In this document: piece by piece, positions 40,595 to 49,628 of the stretch
Layout: each line of letters opens with the position of its first letter
Numbering within the stretch: position 1 is the first letter of the stretch
Virus record (IMG/VR): IMGVR_UViG_3300010226_000003
DNA length: 64,000 nucleotides
DNA from: an uncultured virus (IMG/VR IMGVR_UViG_3300010226_000003)
Lineage: Duplodnaviria; Heunggongvirae; Uroviricota; Caudoviricetes
Direction: 5' to 3' (one strand)
The notes under the pieces: generated by a model
What the model was told of the DNA's origin: nothing
Database searches by the model: none
What the model saw: only the letters and a program-made list of their open reading frames with translations
Made by a program: the position numbers and the translations under genes

Positions 40595-40894
40595 ATGTGG
40601 TCAGATTTTCATAAATACAATCAGCTCGTCAGGGATGGAAAAGTCCCGGCGCTAGTATGCCCAGATTGTCATAACAACTTAATATTGCGCGCAAAGCTTG
40701 ATGCATCTTCCGACCCATATCTCTGGTGTCCGATCGATGATAAATATATCAAACCAGGATTAGGGATGCATCATCAAATCAAATCTGCAATCAAGGAGGT
40801 GGAGCGTGCTAGAACAGAAGCTAGAAGAGATTCTGGAATGGTTGCTAACTCTCTCCTTGGCAGTCAAGGAGAACCATTGGAATCTCCGAGGTAA
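40595..40894 (+). CDS. zinc-ribbon hypothetical protein
   Basis: CPDC...CPID; leaderless TAGACT-N6-ATG. Confidence 0.6.
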   Translation: MWSDFHKYNQLVRDGKVPALVCPDCHNNLILRAKLDASSDPYLWCPIDDKYIKPGLGMHHQIKSAIKEVERARTEARRDSGMVANSLLGSQGEPLESPR

Positions 40895-41207
40895 GGAATT
40901 CTTCTATCTTCACGAGAAGCTAGATGAACTTCATGAAGATATCACCGAATACGCCGATACTGTTGCAGAGCGAGCACGAGCAAGAGAGATGTATCTTGCT
41001 CCAAAGGTCGCCTATGAATTCTCTGGTGAATCAGTCTCATATCTGCAAGTCGTAAACGGAGTGAAGTCTTCTCTTGAGAACTTGACAATGGTTCTGTCAG
41101 GTGCTATCTTTAATATTACCGACGACCTCGCTACGCAAGATGTACTCATCGAAATTAAGCGCGGCGTCGATAAGTGGCTCTGGATGTTTACAGAGTCAGC
41201 AAGATAA
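40806..41207 (+). CDS. dps: Dps / ferritin-like DNA protection protein
   Basis: HWNLRGKEFFYLHEKLDE...DTVAERAR...DLATQDVL...DKWLWM ferroxidase signature. Confidence 0.85.
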   Translation: MLEQKLEEILEWLLTLSLAVKENHWNLRGKEFFYLHEKLDELHEDITEYADTVAERARAREMYLAPKVAYEFSGESVSYLQVVNGVKSSLENLTMVLSGAIFNITDDLATQDVLIEIKRGVDKWLWMFTESAR

Positions 41208-41217
41208 ACAACTTAAT

Positions 41218-41249
41218 AGCAGGGCACCCAATCGGGTGCCCTGCCTTTT
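41218..41249 (+). terminator. intrinsic terminator
   Basis: GCAGGGCACC-CAATCG-GGTGCCCTGC-CTTTT. Confidence 0.8.
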
Positions 41250-41265
41250 GTCTATAAGGAGACCA

Positions 41266-42150
41266 ATGAAAAAGCCCGACATCCAGCGTCTTATGGATTG
41301 GCGGGGCGCAGTTTCATTCGGATCAGTGCTGATCGTTGCTCTCGCTTTGAGTTGGTGGAGCCTATATTCAATGGCTGTGGAATTCTACGGAGTTCCCAAG
41401 CAACTAGCTTTCGGAGTGAGTATTGCGTTCGACGGCGCTGCTTTGTTTGTTGCTGACCTTGCATCCAAGTACGCTCGAACAGAAGATAGTGGTCTAGCTC
41501 CAAAGCTGGCCACTTACGCATTTGTAGGAACATCTGTATACCTGAACGTAGAGCACGCAGCGCTGCTTAACTACGGGACTCCTGGAAAAGTTCTTTTCGG
41601 TGCCCCTCCAGTTATCGCAGGTGTATTGTTTGAATTGTACCTGCGCTTCGTACACCGTTCTGAGATGCGTTCCAACGGACTGGTTCCCAAGCGTATGCCA
41701 GTCTTCGGCAAGGTAAGCTGGATGATCTTCCCAGGGAAGACATTCAAGGGATTCAAAAATGTTGTGTTCTTCCGACTCAATGAAGTCGTGACAAACGTGA
41801 CAGGTGAAAGTTTGTCACGCAAGCGTGACAAGCCAGTGACACCGAAGAAAATGTCACGTGACAATCGTGACAAAACAGGTGACAAAAGTGTCACAAAGCC
41901 TGTCATGACAAAGAGTGACACGGCTGTCAAGGAAGAAGTGGCTGTCACGCCTATCGTGACAAAGATGACAGAAATTCCTCGTCGTGACGTGACAGATGAC
42001 AAGCAAAAGAGCGTGTCACGCCTGGTCAAGGAGCTATGGGATGACGGGACCCGTGACAAAGCTGAGCTGCGAAAGCTGATTAGTGACATCAAGGGTCGTG
42101 ACATTCCTGCCAATACGATCACGGTTGCTCTGTCACGTATGTCACCTTGA
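41266..42150 (+). CDS. membrane-anchored putative DNA-binding protein (DUF2637 / Streptomyces plasmid Spd-like)
   Basis: AAGGAG RBS; four N-terminal TM helices (LSWWSLY...FDGAAL...SVYLNVEH...APPVIAGVLFEL), low-complexity linker, C-terminal HTH-like SVSRLVKELW...PANTITVALSR. Confidence 0.65.
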   Translation: MKKPDIQRLMDWRGAVSFGSVLIVALALSWWSLYSMAVEFYGVPKQLAFGVSIAFDGAALFVADLASKYARTEDSGLAPKLATYAFVGTSVYLNVEHAALLNYGTPGKVLFGAPPVIAGVLFELYLRFVHRSEMRSNGLVPKRMPVFGKVSWMIFPGKTFKGFKNVVFFRLNEVVTNVTGESLSRKRDKPVTPKKMSRDNRDKTGDKSVTKPVMTKSDTAVKEEVAVTPIVTKMTEIPRRDVTDDKQKSVSRLVKELWDDGTRDKAELRKLISDIKGRDIPANTITVALSRMSP

Positions 42151-42224
42151 CACGTGACAAAAAAGGTGACACTCTAGTGACATGAACATAGATGACCTCA
42201 TTGAGGAGTGGCATGACGGTGACA
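41788..42224. repeat. dense array of GTGACA/TGTCAC hexamers
   Basis: 24 exact copies counted by hand in both orientations, plus single-mismatch variants. Confidence 0.95.
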
Positions 42225-42328
42225 GTCCTCTGCCACTCCATGAGTTCTTGGGAATGACACTTGAAGAGTACGACCTGTTTGTTAGGTTTGGGACTCTTCC
42301 AGAAGGGATAACTGATGGCCGTTCCTAG
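42182..42328 (+). CDS. small hypothetical protein (48 aa)
   Basis: MNIDDLIEEWHDGDSPLPLHEFLGMTLEEY... Confidence 0.6.
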   Translation: MNIDDLIEEWHDGDSPLPLHEFLGMTLEEYDLFVRFGTLPEGITDGRS

Positions 42329-42476
42329 ACCTAGGAATGTGAACGAAGCTAATCGAATACTTGAGGCTGCTCAGAAGTCTTACGTCCGCGCCCGGCGCGA
42401 GAAGAATATGGGTGAGGCTACTAAGCAGTCAACAATAATCAAGGCAATGCATGATTGGTTGGCAGAACATGGGTGA
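42315..42476 (+). CDS. small hypothetical protein
   Basis: MAVPRPRNVNEANRIL...; similar helical basic pattern to next ORF. Confidence 0.55.
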   Translation: MAVPRPRNVNEANRILEAAQKSYVRARREKNMGEATKQSTIIKAMHDWLAEHG

Positions 42477-42636
42477 TCTGAATGTGCGCAGAGCGCTGAA
42501 TAGCTTGAGAGAGCAAAGGCGAGATGCTTCAAGGGCATATGAAAAGGCCCGGCGCATAAATGACCAAGTAGGAATGCAACGAGCGAAGAAAGAAATAAAG
42601 CGTCTAGACGGAGAGATTGAGAATCTAGGTGGATAG
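42469..42636 (+). CDS. small hypothetical protein
   Basis: MGDLNVRRALNSL... Confidence 0.55.
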   Translation: MGDLNVRRALNSLREQRRDASRAYEKARRINDQVGMQRAKKEIKRLDGEIENLGG

Positions 42637-42892
42637 ACAAGAAGCTTTGGAAATACTCGACTGCTTCCTCTTTGAGGACATAATAAACAACCGAAACCCG
42701 TATGAAGAACGATGCAAGATCACATATGTTGGTGATCATTTCGCAGTTCTCGACACTGAAACGGGCGAGGTTCATAAATTCAAGATGCAATTTGTAGAGT
42801 CCGACCTGGCGGAAGACGAGTGGAATCAAGTCTTCGAGAATCAGGAATGGGACTGGTATATCAACAGAGAATGGGAAAATGACGAAGATTGA
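42629..42892 (+). CDS. acidic hypothetical protein
   Basis: 87-aa ORF overlapping neighbours. Confidence 0.6.
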   Translation: MDRQEALEILDCFLFEDIINNRNPYEERCKITYVGDHFAVLDTETGEVHKFKMQFVESDLAEDEWNQVFENQEWDWYINREWENDED

Positions 42893-43616
42893 CGGTGTAG
42901 ATTCAATTATCACTTGCCTTGACAAGGGCTATGTACGCCTTGTAGACTCTATGGGCAGTGATCTTTCTATCGTCAATGCAGCTCGTGTATCCTATGCAAA
43001 GGAGTCAGATGACTTTTCCGACAAGGACGATAGACTACTAAAGTTCCTTGTCAGGGAAGGTCATCTTTCCCCGTTTAGGCATGCTGCATTGACATTTGAG
43101 GTATACGCTCCACTATTCGTGGCGCGTCAGTGGTGGAAGTATGCTGTGGCATCTAGCCACCTGGAAGATCAAACTGGATGGAATGAGTCTTCTCGAAGAT
43201 ACATTACCGAGGAGCCGGAATTCCATGCTCCAGATATGACACAGTGGCGTACAAAGCCTGCGAATAGCAAGCAAGGAAGCGGCCCGGCGCTAAAGGCTTA
43301 TTCAGATACATGGCCTTATCATGACGCAGGAGACTTCTGGACAATGACACTACAAACCTTCATTAATGAATCTGAGAAGCTTTATAATCAGGCTCTAGAA
43401 GCAGGTATTGCACCAGAACAGGCAAGGCTATTCCTTCCTGCATATGGAATGTTCGTCCGGTGGCGTTGGACAACCTCTCTGGCTGCCGTAGCTCATTTCC
43501 TTGCAGAAAGACTAGAGCATGATGCGCAGTACGAGATTCAGCAGTATGCTAAGGCTGTCAATGATCTGACAAGCAATATCTTCCCAAAGACATTGGAGGC
43601 ACTAAATGCAAAATGA
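42879..43616 (+). CDS. thyX: flavin-dependent thymidylate synthase
   Basis: IVNAARVS, GHLSPFRH, NESSRRY, PEQARLFLP, HDAQYEIQ. Confidence 0.92.
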   Translation: MTKIDGVDSIITCLDKGYVRLVDSMGSDLSIVNAARVSYAKESDDFSDKDDRLLKFLVREGHLSPFRHAALTFEVYAPLFVARQWWKYAVASSHLEDQTGWNESSRRYITEEPEFHAPDMTQWRTKPANSKQGSGPALKAYSDTWPYHDAGDFWTMTLQTFINESEKLYNQALEAGIAPEQARLFLPAYGMFVRWRWTTSLAAVAHFLAERLEHDAQYEIQQYAKAVNDLTSNIFPKTLEALNAK

Positions 43617-43824
43617 GCCCGGCGCAGAAGAAACAGATGTATTCGATAGAGATAGCTATGAAGTAGTAAATACCATTATGCTTCTAAGACTATATGATGT
43701 CATGATGTGTGTAGCAAGAGGGGTAAATCCAGAAGAAGCAGTAAAGCTGCTCGCACTGCATAAGCAAGGCAAAATTGCTGGGCCTCCGCCAAGCTGGGAT
43801 ATGAGCGATGACTCACAAGACTGA
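43606..43824 (+). CDS. hypothetical protein
   Basis: GGAGG RBS, overlaps thyX. Confidence 0.6.
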   Translation: MQNEPGAEETDVFDRDSYEVVNTIMLLRLYDVMMCVARGVNPEEAVKLLALHKQGKIAGPPPSWDMSDDSQD

Positions 43825-44035
43825 TAGTGTTGTAGGTTATCAAATGTACCGAGCCTTCTGCATTAGCTATGAGGCTCTAGACCTAGTAGAACTCGGTCTG
43901 CCAGGCTGTCTGCATTGCGGAAAAGAACCAACGACTATTATGGTCACCCCGGATTGTTTTAATTGTGAATGCGACGCACACGCCCGTTTCGAGCCATGCA
44001 TGCATCTAGTCGGATTTGAATTGTGGCGAGACTAG
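43808..44035 (+). CDS. Cys-rich hypothetical protein
   Basis: CLHC...CFNCEC...PCMH. Confidence 0.55.
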   Translation: MTHKTDSVVGYQMYRAFCISYEALDLVELGLPGCLHCGKEPTTIMVTPDCFNCECDAHARFEPCMHLVGFELWRD

Positions 44036-44286
44036 CCGTCCCGGCAGCAAGATCATCTATTTTCAAATTCGAAATGTCAGTAATTTTTAGTCATGTATGA
44101 TACATGCTTCGCATACCTTTGTAACAATCCGATTAGTGCGCCCATATCCCTTGACATTCTCTCCGGGGAAGGTTCCACAAGGCAGGGCAGGCCATTTGAA
44201 AACAGTGTTCAAAAGCCGTGTGCGCCCGTCTGCGGGCATGAAAGTGCCCCTAGGTACTCAGACCTAGGGGCTACTCTCAAAGGCTC

Positions 44287-44748
44287 TCAGATGCTCTCAG
44301 GACGCTTCCAGTTGGCACGACCCCGGTTAGCCTGCGGGCCCTGCTTAACCTTGCCACTGTCCTTGATCAACTTACCGTCCCACATCGAACGATTGTCGTA
44401 GAGAGGCACGAGCACATCAGTAAGGGCATCCTTACCCATGTCCTCATTGCACTGCCTGCAAAGGGGAAGCATGTTCGCTGCACAGTAGGTGCCACCCGTA
44501 GCGTCAGCCTCACAGTGACCAAGGTTCAGCGTGTCCATGTTCCGGGGCGCACCCCCCACGTATGCGTTCTCACCGCACCCCACACACACAGCGTAGGTCT
44601 CACCGTCCGAGTGACCCGTAAGGCTTGCCAGGTACAGCACCGTAGCGAGGAGCTGCCTACGGTACGCGCTGCCCGCCGTACGGTCGTTGTCCCTGCACTG
44701 GTGGTTGTTGGCGTTGTGTGCGGTGACCGGGGCGGTGGTGGTGATCAT
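44287..44748 (-). CDS. HNH endonuclease
   Basis: CVGC...NLGH...ANMLPLCRQCNEDM; AAGGGAG RBS; hairpin downstream at ~44247. Confidence 0.75.
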   Translation of the reverse strand: MITTTAPVTAHNANNHQCRDNDRTAGSAYRRQLLATVLYLASLTGHSDGETYAVCVGCGENAYVGGAPRNMDTLNLGHCEADATGGTYCAANMLPLCRQCNEDMGKDALTDVLVPLYDNRSMWDGKLIKDSGKVKQGPQANRGRANWKRPESI

Positions 44749-45331
44749 TGTCTGTCTCCCTTGTGTTCGTCGTTGTACCTACATTCTGCCCTAGGTACCG
44801 GGCCTGAAACCACCCAATCCCACGTTTCTTAGGTAAAGACTTGGTAACGACCGGGGCGGCCGGACATACCAACCAAATCGGACATTGGGTACATACCCAC
44901 ACATAGGTGTACATATAGGGCATATGGGTGCATACCATACCATACTGGTACAGATGGGGCGTATAGGGCAGGGGGCACATAGGGGACATTCCTCTTTACG
45001 GGGACATTAAGTATTTCCGGGACATATCCCCCGCGCGTGTACGACTGGCCACAAAATTTCCCGGAGGATCTAGGTTGTGCATGGTGCATGGCCTGTGTAT
45101 ACTGGTACTACACCAAGACGGAAGGGACTGATCAACTTGACCACTCTCGATCTTCTGGAGCGGGCAGTATCTGAGGGGTGGGTATCCGTATCTACCCTGT
45201 CCACTACGGTACAGGATGACATGCGTACCGTGGACATGGACGAGGACGCCTACCCGCACGTATCCGAACTGGCGTAACTAAATAGGGGGCTATCTACGGG
45301 TAGCCCCCTATATGGGCAGAAAGGGAAAGCA

Positions 45332-45544
45332 ATGTTTCGGAAAAAGGCAAAAAACGTTCTGACGCATTCGCTTACCCTCAAGCTCGAAAAGAACGGCCTC
45401 TTTTCGGAAACGGGCGTAATTTCTTCGGGAAATCTCGAAATTCTTCTTCGGAAGTACAATGAAGGCGGATTTCGCCCGGTGGAAGCAAAACATTCAACTT
45501 ATTGCCACTGTGGCACTGGAAAGGGCGAAACCTATGAATGCTGA
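45332..45544 (+). CDS. hypothetical protein
   Basis: GAAAGGG RBS, overlapping 3-gene unit. Confidence 0.55.
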   Translation: MFRKKAKNVLTHSLTLKLEKNGLFSETGVISSGNLEILLRKYNEGGFRPVEAKHSTYCHCGTGKGETYEC

Positions 45545-45722
45545 CCGTATGCAAACCCTTCTTGAGGGAATGCGTGATCTGGCAGCAAAGGCACAACTGA
45601 TGCCCATCACAAACGAAACCATGGCCGCTGGGATGGCTCTGGCGGAGATGTTCGAGGAATTCGACCTTCTGATTCTGGAAAACCGAACGATTCCTACCGA
45701 ATGGGAACGATTCCGTGGCTGA
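45534..45722 (+). CDS. hypothetical protein
   Basis: MNADRMQTLL... Confidence 0.55.
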   Translation: MNADRMQTLLEGMRDLAAKAQLMPITNETMAAGMALAEMFEEFDLLILENRTIPTEWERFRG

Positions 45723-45939
45723 GCTGTCCTTGAACCAATTCATTCTCGATACCATTGCGGAATGGATTCGAGACAACAAGGGTCAGCGTTATGGGCAATT
45801 CGTATTCAATCGAGTTGCTGAGCACCGGCCCGAAATCGGAAATGCCCTCACGGGCACAATCCATGATCCTTTCTACGCAAACGACAACAACGATCCTCGA
45901 ATTCACCGTTTTTGGGCCAAAGTGGACGAACTCTGGTGA
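45715..45939 (+). CDS. hypothetical protein
   Basis: QRYGQFVFN...HDPFYAND motif. Confidence 0.65.
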   Translation: MAELSLNQFILDTIAEWIRDNKGQRYGQFVFNRVAEHRPEIGNALTGTIHDPFYANDNNDPRIHRFWAKVDELW

Positions 45940-46138
45940 ATCTGAATAAATTCGCTTAGATTTTCACCCCTATGTTTCTTAGGTATATGCACGAAAAACC
46001 TTCGAATCGTAGGGGTGAATTTCTGACTAAAAAGTTAGCCGCCCCGGCTAGATGACTAAAAATCTGTGTAGACATCTAGAGACTAAAAAATCGGCGTAGG
46101 TGTTGCGCTACTGGCAATCCGACTGCTAGACTTCATAC

Positions 46139-46339
46139 ATGAAGCGAGGACAGATCTTCCAGCCGAAGAACTTCGATGACGGATGCAGGACTCAGATCGT
46201 AGACGTGATCGGTGATCACAACGTGGTGATCATCCACACCGACGAAGGCTGCACCGTGACCCTTCTGCATGACATGGCAATCGAGAAGTACATGAAGCCC
46301 GGTGACAAGATCGAGTGCGTCTGTGGGGAGATGTTCTGA
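46139..46339 (+). CDS. hypothetical protein
   Basis: leaderless promoter TTGCGC-N18-TAGACT-N6-ATG. Confidence 0.7.
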   Translation: MKRGQIFQPKNFDDGCRTQIVDVIGDHNVVIIHTDEGCTVTLLHDMAIEKYMKPGDKIECVCGEMF

Positions 46340-46497
46340 TGTTCTGCATGCACCAGTGGACTAAGTGGATTCTGGTCACGGCTCACATGGACAGCCCTTT
46401 GATGGGTTGGATCAAGGGTAAGCCTGTCGAGTGGACACAGCCCATGCAGGCTCGCAAGTGCGTGAAGTGCAACAAGATCCAGACGAGGAGCGTCTAA
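46339..46497 (+). CDS. small zinc-binding protein
   Basis: MFCMHQWTKW...RKCVKCNK. Confidence 0.6.
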   Translation: MFCMHQWTKWILVTAHMDSPLMGWIKGKPVEWTQPMQARKCVKCNKIQTRSV

Positions 46498-46727
46498 TGT
46501 TCATGATCTCTGAGGGTGACGTGTTCGTGGATGTCAACCCTGACATTCTTCACAAGGAAACTTTTCTGTACGTCGAGGTCGTGGACGACTGGATCAAGGC
46601 TGGGCATCACAACCCTCGTGAGTGCCTGCGTGCTGTCTACCCTCGCACTACCCTTGAGCGTGCATTCAAGAAGGTCGAACGTGTACCTAACGAGTGTGCG
46701 TGTGGCGGTAAGCTTTTCTGGGAGTGA
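46497..46727 (+). CDS. hypothetical protein
   Basis: MFMISEGDVF...ECACGGKLFWE. Confidence 0.6.
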   Translation: MFMISEGDVFVDVNPDILHKETFLYVEVVDDWIKAGHHNPRECLRAVYPRTTLERAFKKVERVPNECACGGKLFWE

Positions 46728-46806
46728 TCTCAGGCCCTTCGGGGCCGCCCCGGCTAAATCTCAAAAGTCTTGCCACCGGCCCTAATTACGTGCTAGACTC
46801 ATCCCT

Positions 46807-47103
46807 ATGAAGACGCCGAAGGTTCGTAAGCCCAAGCCGTTCTACGCCAACATCTACCTCGAAGATCTTGCGTGTGGTGGTCCGCAGGAAGGTGGTTGGT
46901 ACTACAACTACCGTGAGCCGTGTGTGTCCGTCAAGGTTCGGTCCCGTCGTGAGGCTGAGACTGTTCTCAAGCGACTGACCAAGAAGCGTTACAGCAACAA
47001 CGGGCGTAAGGCCATTTGGTCCGTCAACAGCACCGGTCAGTACCTTGACCGTATCGAGCGTAAGCCTGCCGAGCGTGAGAGTGACTGGTCTCCCTGGGAG
47101 TAA
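46807..47103 (+). CDS. hypothetical protein
   Basis: GGPQEGGWYY motif, own promoter. Confidence 0.7.
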   Translation: MKTPKVRKPKPFYANIYLEDLACGGPQEGGWYYNYREPCVSVKVRSRREAETVLKRLTKKRYSNNGRKAIWSVNSTGQYLDRIERKPAERESDWSPWE

Positions 47104-47249
47104 TTGGCAGCGCCCTTCGGGGCGCTAGCCGCCCCGGCCAAAAAATCTTGAAAATCAGCCCTCGAAACAGTTGGACACGGCCCGCTAGACTCTGCTAAGC
47201 TTAGTACATCGAAGGGGGCAAGAAGTCCCCTAAGACGAAGGGAAACCTC

Positions 47250-47834
47250 ATGGAGCGCATCGAGATCGTTCAGCAGGTCGGCAACTACTTCCCCGACACC
47301 AAGATCGCTGACGCTCTCCGCTTCGCGGGTGACATCGACCGTGGCTTCCGCCGTCAGTTCGAGGACGAGCGTTACAAGCTGGAGGACGCCAAGTACACGT
47401 ACGGTCAGGAGCGCTACGACGCGGGCGTGCAGGACGGAAAGAACTCCGTTCGTGCGACGTTCGACCCGAAGGTCGTAGAGGCCACTTCCTGGGCTATCGT
47501 GAACTTCACCGCGCGTGACTTCACCCGCAAGATCACCTGCATCAAGGTGCTGCGCGACAAGTTCCGTCCGCTGGGTCTGATCGAGGCGAAGGCCATCGTG
47601 GACATGATCACTCCGGTCGGCACGACCGACCAGCTCGACTGGGCCAAGATCGAGGAGATCGAGAAGGACTCCCCGGCTGAGGCTCTGGCCACGGATGAGG
47701 CACTGGCCGCACTGCGCGAGAAGATCGCCGGTAAGGCCGTTCCCACGCCGAAGGACGTGTTCGAGCGTGAGTCCTCCGAAGAGTCCAGCTACAGCGCGGG
47801 TCCGTGCCCGTGTGGTTGTGGCATGGGCGACTGA
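47250..47834 (+). CDS. protein with ribosomal L7/L12 C-terminal-like domain
   Basis: KITCIKVLRDKFRPLGLIEAKAIVD. Confidence 0.6.
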   Translation: MERIEIVQQVGNYFPDTKIADALRFAGDIDRGFRRQFEDERYKLEDAKYTYGQERYDAGVQDGKNSVRATFDPKVVEATSWAIVNFTARDFTRKITCIKVLRDKFRPLGLIEAKAIVDMITPVGTTDQLDWAKIEEIEKDSPAEALATDEALAALREKIAGKAVPTPKDVFERESSEESSYSAGPCPCGCGMGD

Positions 47835-47946
47835 TCAAAGCCTAGCGGCCCCTTCGGGGGCCGTTTTGGCCGCCCCGGCTCTTTTGAGAATGTCTTGCAA
47901 TCTGGCCCGGCGTCATGTAGACTCGTCTTAACGAAGGGGAGATACC

Positions 47947-48225
47947 ATGGCAATGCCTCTCAGCTACAGGATTCGTGAGTACCTGCAAAGCAACTTCGGC
48001 AAGCTTCGTACGGGTGATCGAGTAGTAGTCGTGAACTCATGGGCTCAGCTCTACTTGAACGAGGGCCTTGAGATTGACGGCAAGATCGCGTACACTGGAA
48101 CCGTGCAGAAGGTTGTGTACAACTCGGTAACGGTCCTTGTGGATCATGGGTTCTACCGCAACGCTGCATTGGTGACCAGTCCGCACACGTTCAACGAACT
48201 GCGTGACAACGTTCACCGCATCTGA
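47947..48225 (+). CDS. hypothetical protein (SH3/KOW-like)
   Basis: LRTGDRVVVV...TGTVQKV. Confidence 0.65.
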   Translation: MAMPLSYRIREYLQSNFGKLRTGDRVVVVNSWAQLYLNEGLEIDGKIAYTGTVQKVVYNSVTVLVDHGFYRNAALVTSPHTFNELRDNVHRI

Positions 48226-48259
48226 TAGACTCTAGTCACACCGAATGAAAGGCAACACA

Positions 48260-48526
48260 ATGGCCGTTCTCATGGGCGAGGTTTCCGTCAAGCGCGCTGG
48301 CGTCGTGATCACGATGGCTACCGTCTTCGGAGTCGAGTTCGAGTACCGTGTCAACGAGCGTGCGGGCAAGGTGTACGTCGAGGCCGCTGGCTCTCCCGAG
48401 AAGCTGTCCGCCCTCTACCGTTCCGCTCCCTTCCGCGTGACCAAGGCTCTGCCTGGCTACGAGGTCAAGTCCAAGTCCTACGACTTCGGCAAGAGCATGG
48501 GACTCGGCAAGAAGCCTGTTCTGTAA
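48260..48526 (+). CDS. hypothetical protein
   Basis: GAAAGG RBS, GC3-rich codons. Confidence 0.7.
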   Translation: MAVLMGEVSVKRAGVVITMATVFGVEFEYRVNERAGKVYVEAAGSPEKLSALYRSAPFRVTKALPGYEVKSKSYDFGKSMGLGKKPVL

Positions 48527-48639
48527 GTCATCTGGCCCCTTCGGGGGCCATTTGGCCGCCCCGGCTGATTTGCTAAAGGGCTTGTATTCTGCCCTATGAG
48601 TGTGTTAGACTCGTCTTACACCGAGCGAGAGGAACGCAA

Positions 48640-48978
48640 ATGTTCTCCACGATGCACCAGATTGTCGTCGCTTCCCGTGAGTCCAACTCCACCGCGCGTC
48701 ACTGGTTCGACAGTTCCTCTATGCGATTCTTCAACACGAGTGTACAGCCCAACATCTTCCCCATCGGTCAGCGCGGCGTGATCTTCATCACCTCCGACTA
48801 CCGTTCGGACCCGGAAGACATCGCGTACAGCCTCCGCTACGCTTCCCGCAACGAAGAGGGAGCGTTCACCATCTGCACCATTGACGGATTCGGTGACTAT
48901 GAGTCTTTGGAGGAAGCCGAGGACGCTGCCGACTCCTACCAGCGGTTCTACCGTGAGGTCATGAACATTCGGGACTAA
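48640..48978 (+). CDS. hypothetical protein
   Basis: HWFDSSSMRFFNT motif, own promoter. Confidence 0.7.
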   Translation: MFSTMHQIVVASRESNSTARHWFDSSSMRFFNTSVQPNIFPIGQRGVIFITSDYRSDPEDIAYSLRYASRNEEGAFTICTIDGFGDYESLEEAEDAADSYQRFYREVMNIRD

Positions 48979-49088
48979 AGGCAAGCGCCCTCCGGGGCGC
49001 AAGCCGCCCCGGCGAAAAGATCTTGAAGATCTATGTTGCGCTGCCCTACCCCTTGTGTATATACTAGAGACACAACGAAGGGAACAAA

Positions 49089-49256
49089 GTGAGAAGCGAT
49101 CTTCGTAGGCTGCGTCAAGAGCGTTACCAGAACCAGCAGCAGCGGGTGAAGGTGATCAAGAAGCTCGGAAAGATCAAGCGTGAGCGTGCGCTGGCCTTCC
49201 GTGACTTCGATGGTCCTGACTTCATGGACTACGACCCCAACGAGTGGTTTGACTAA
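49089..49256 (+). CDS. small hypothetical protein
   Basis: ACGAAGGG RBS, GTG start, 55 aa. Confidence 0.6.
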   Translation: MRSDLRRLRQERYQNQQQRVKVIKKLGKIKRERALAFRDFDGPDFMDYDPNEWFD

Positions 49257-49364
49257 GATCATAGGCTGTGTCGGCCTAATCTTCCTCGTCCCTTGTTTTA
49301 TCGGCCTAGTTCTGCTAGGCTTGTGGACAGTCAAGACAGTTCTTTTCTCTCTCTAGGAGTGATC

Positions 49365-49508
49365 ATGTACAACGTCAAGGGTGTCATCAACGCCGACCGT
49401 GTTTCTGGCCCCGTTGCGCTCGTCCTCACCCTTCTTAACCTGGGCCTTGGTGCCTTCGGGATCATGATCATCGGTGCTCTCCTGCACATGGGATGGAACT
49501 GGGTCTGA
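49365..49508 (+). CDS. small membrane protein
   Basis: AGGAG RBS, MYNVKG... with hydrophobic C-terminus. Confidence 0.6.
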   Translation: MYNVKGVINADRVSGPVALVLTLLNLGLGAFGIMIIGALLHMGWNWV

Positions 49509-49628
49509 TCATGGCGGGCCGCCTTCGGGCGGCCTAGCCGCCCCGGTCAAAAGATCTTGATGGATTGAGTTGACTCTCCATCACCTCGTCCGCTAGAATA
49601 TAACTACCAACAGGGCGCAACAATTGGA

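Noticed and set aside
41571..42122. 183-aa antisense ORF across the GTGACA array
   Set aside because: No RBS, and it is a shadow of the sense gene and its palindromic repeats.
44515..45280. Several overlapping ORFs on both strands (44657, 44829, 44996)
   Set aside because: Products of low-complexity G/CAT repeats without RBS; only a short ORF from ~45137 to 45277 has an RBS and may be real.
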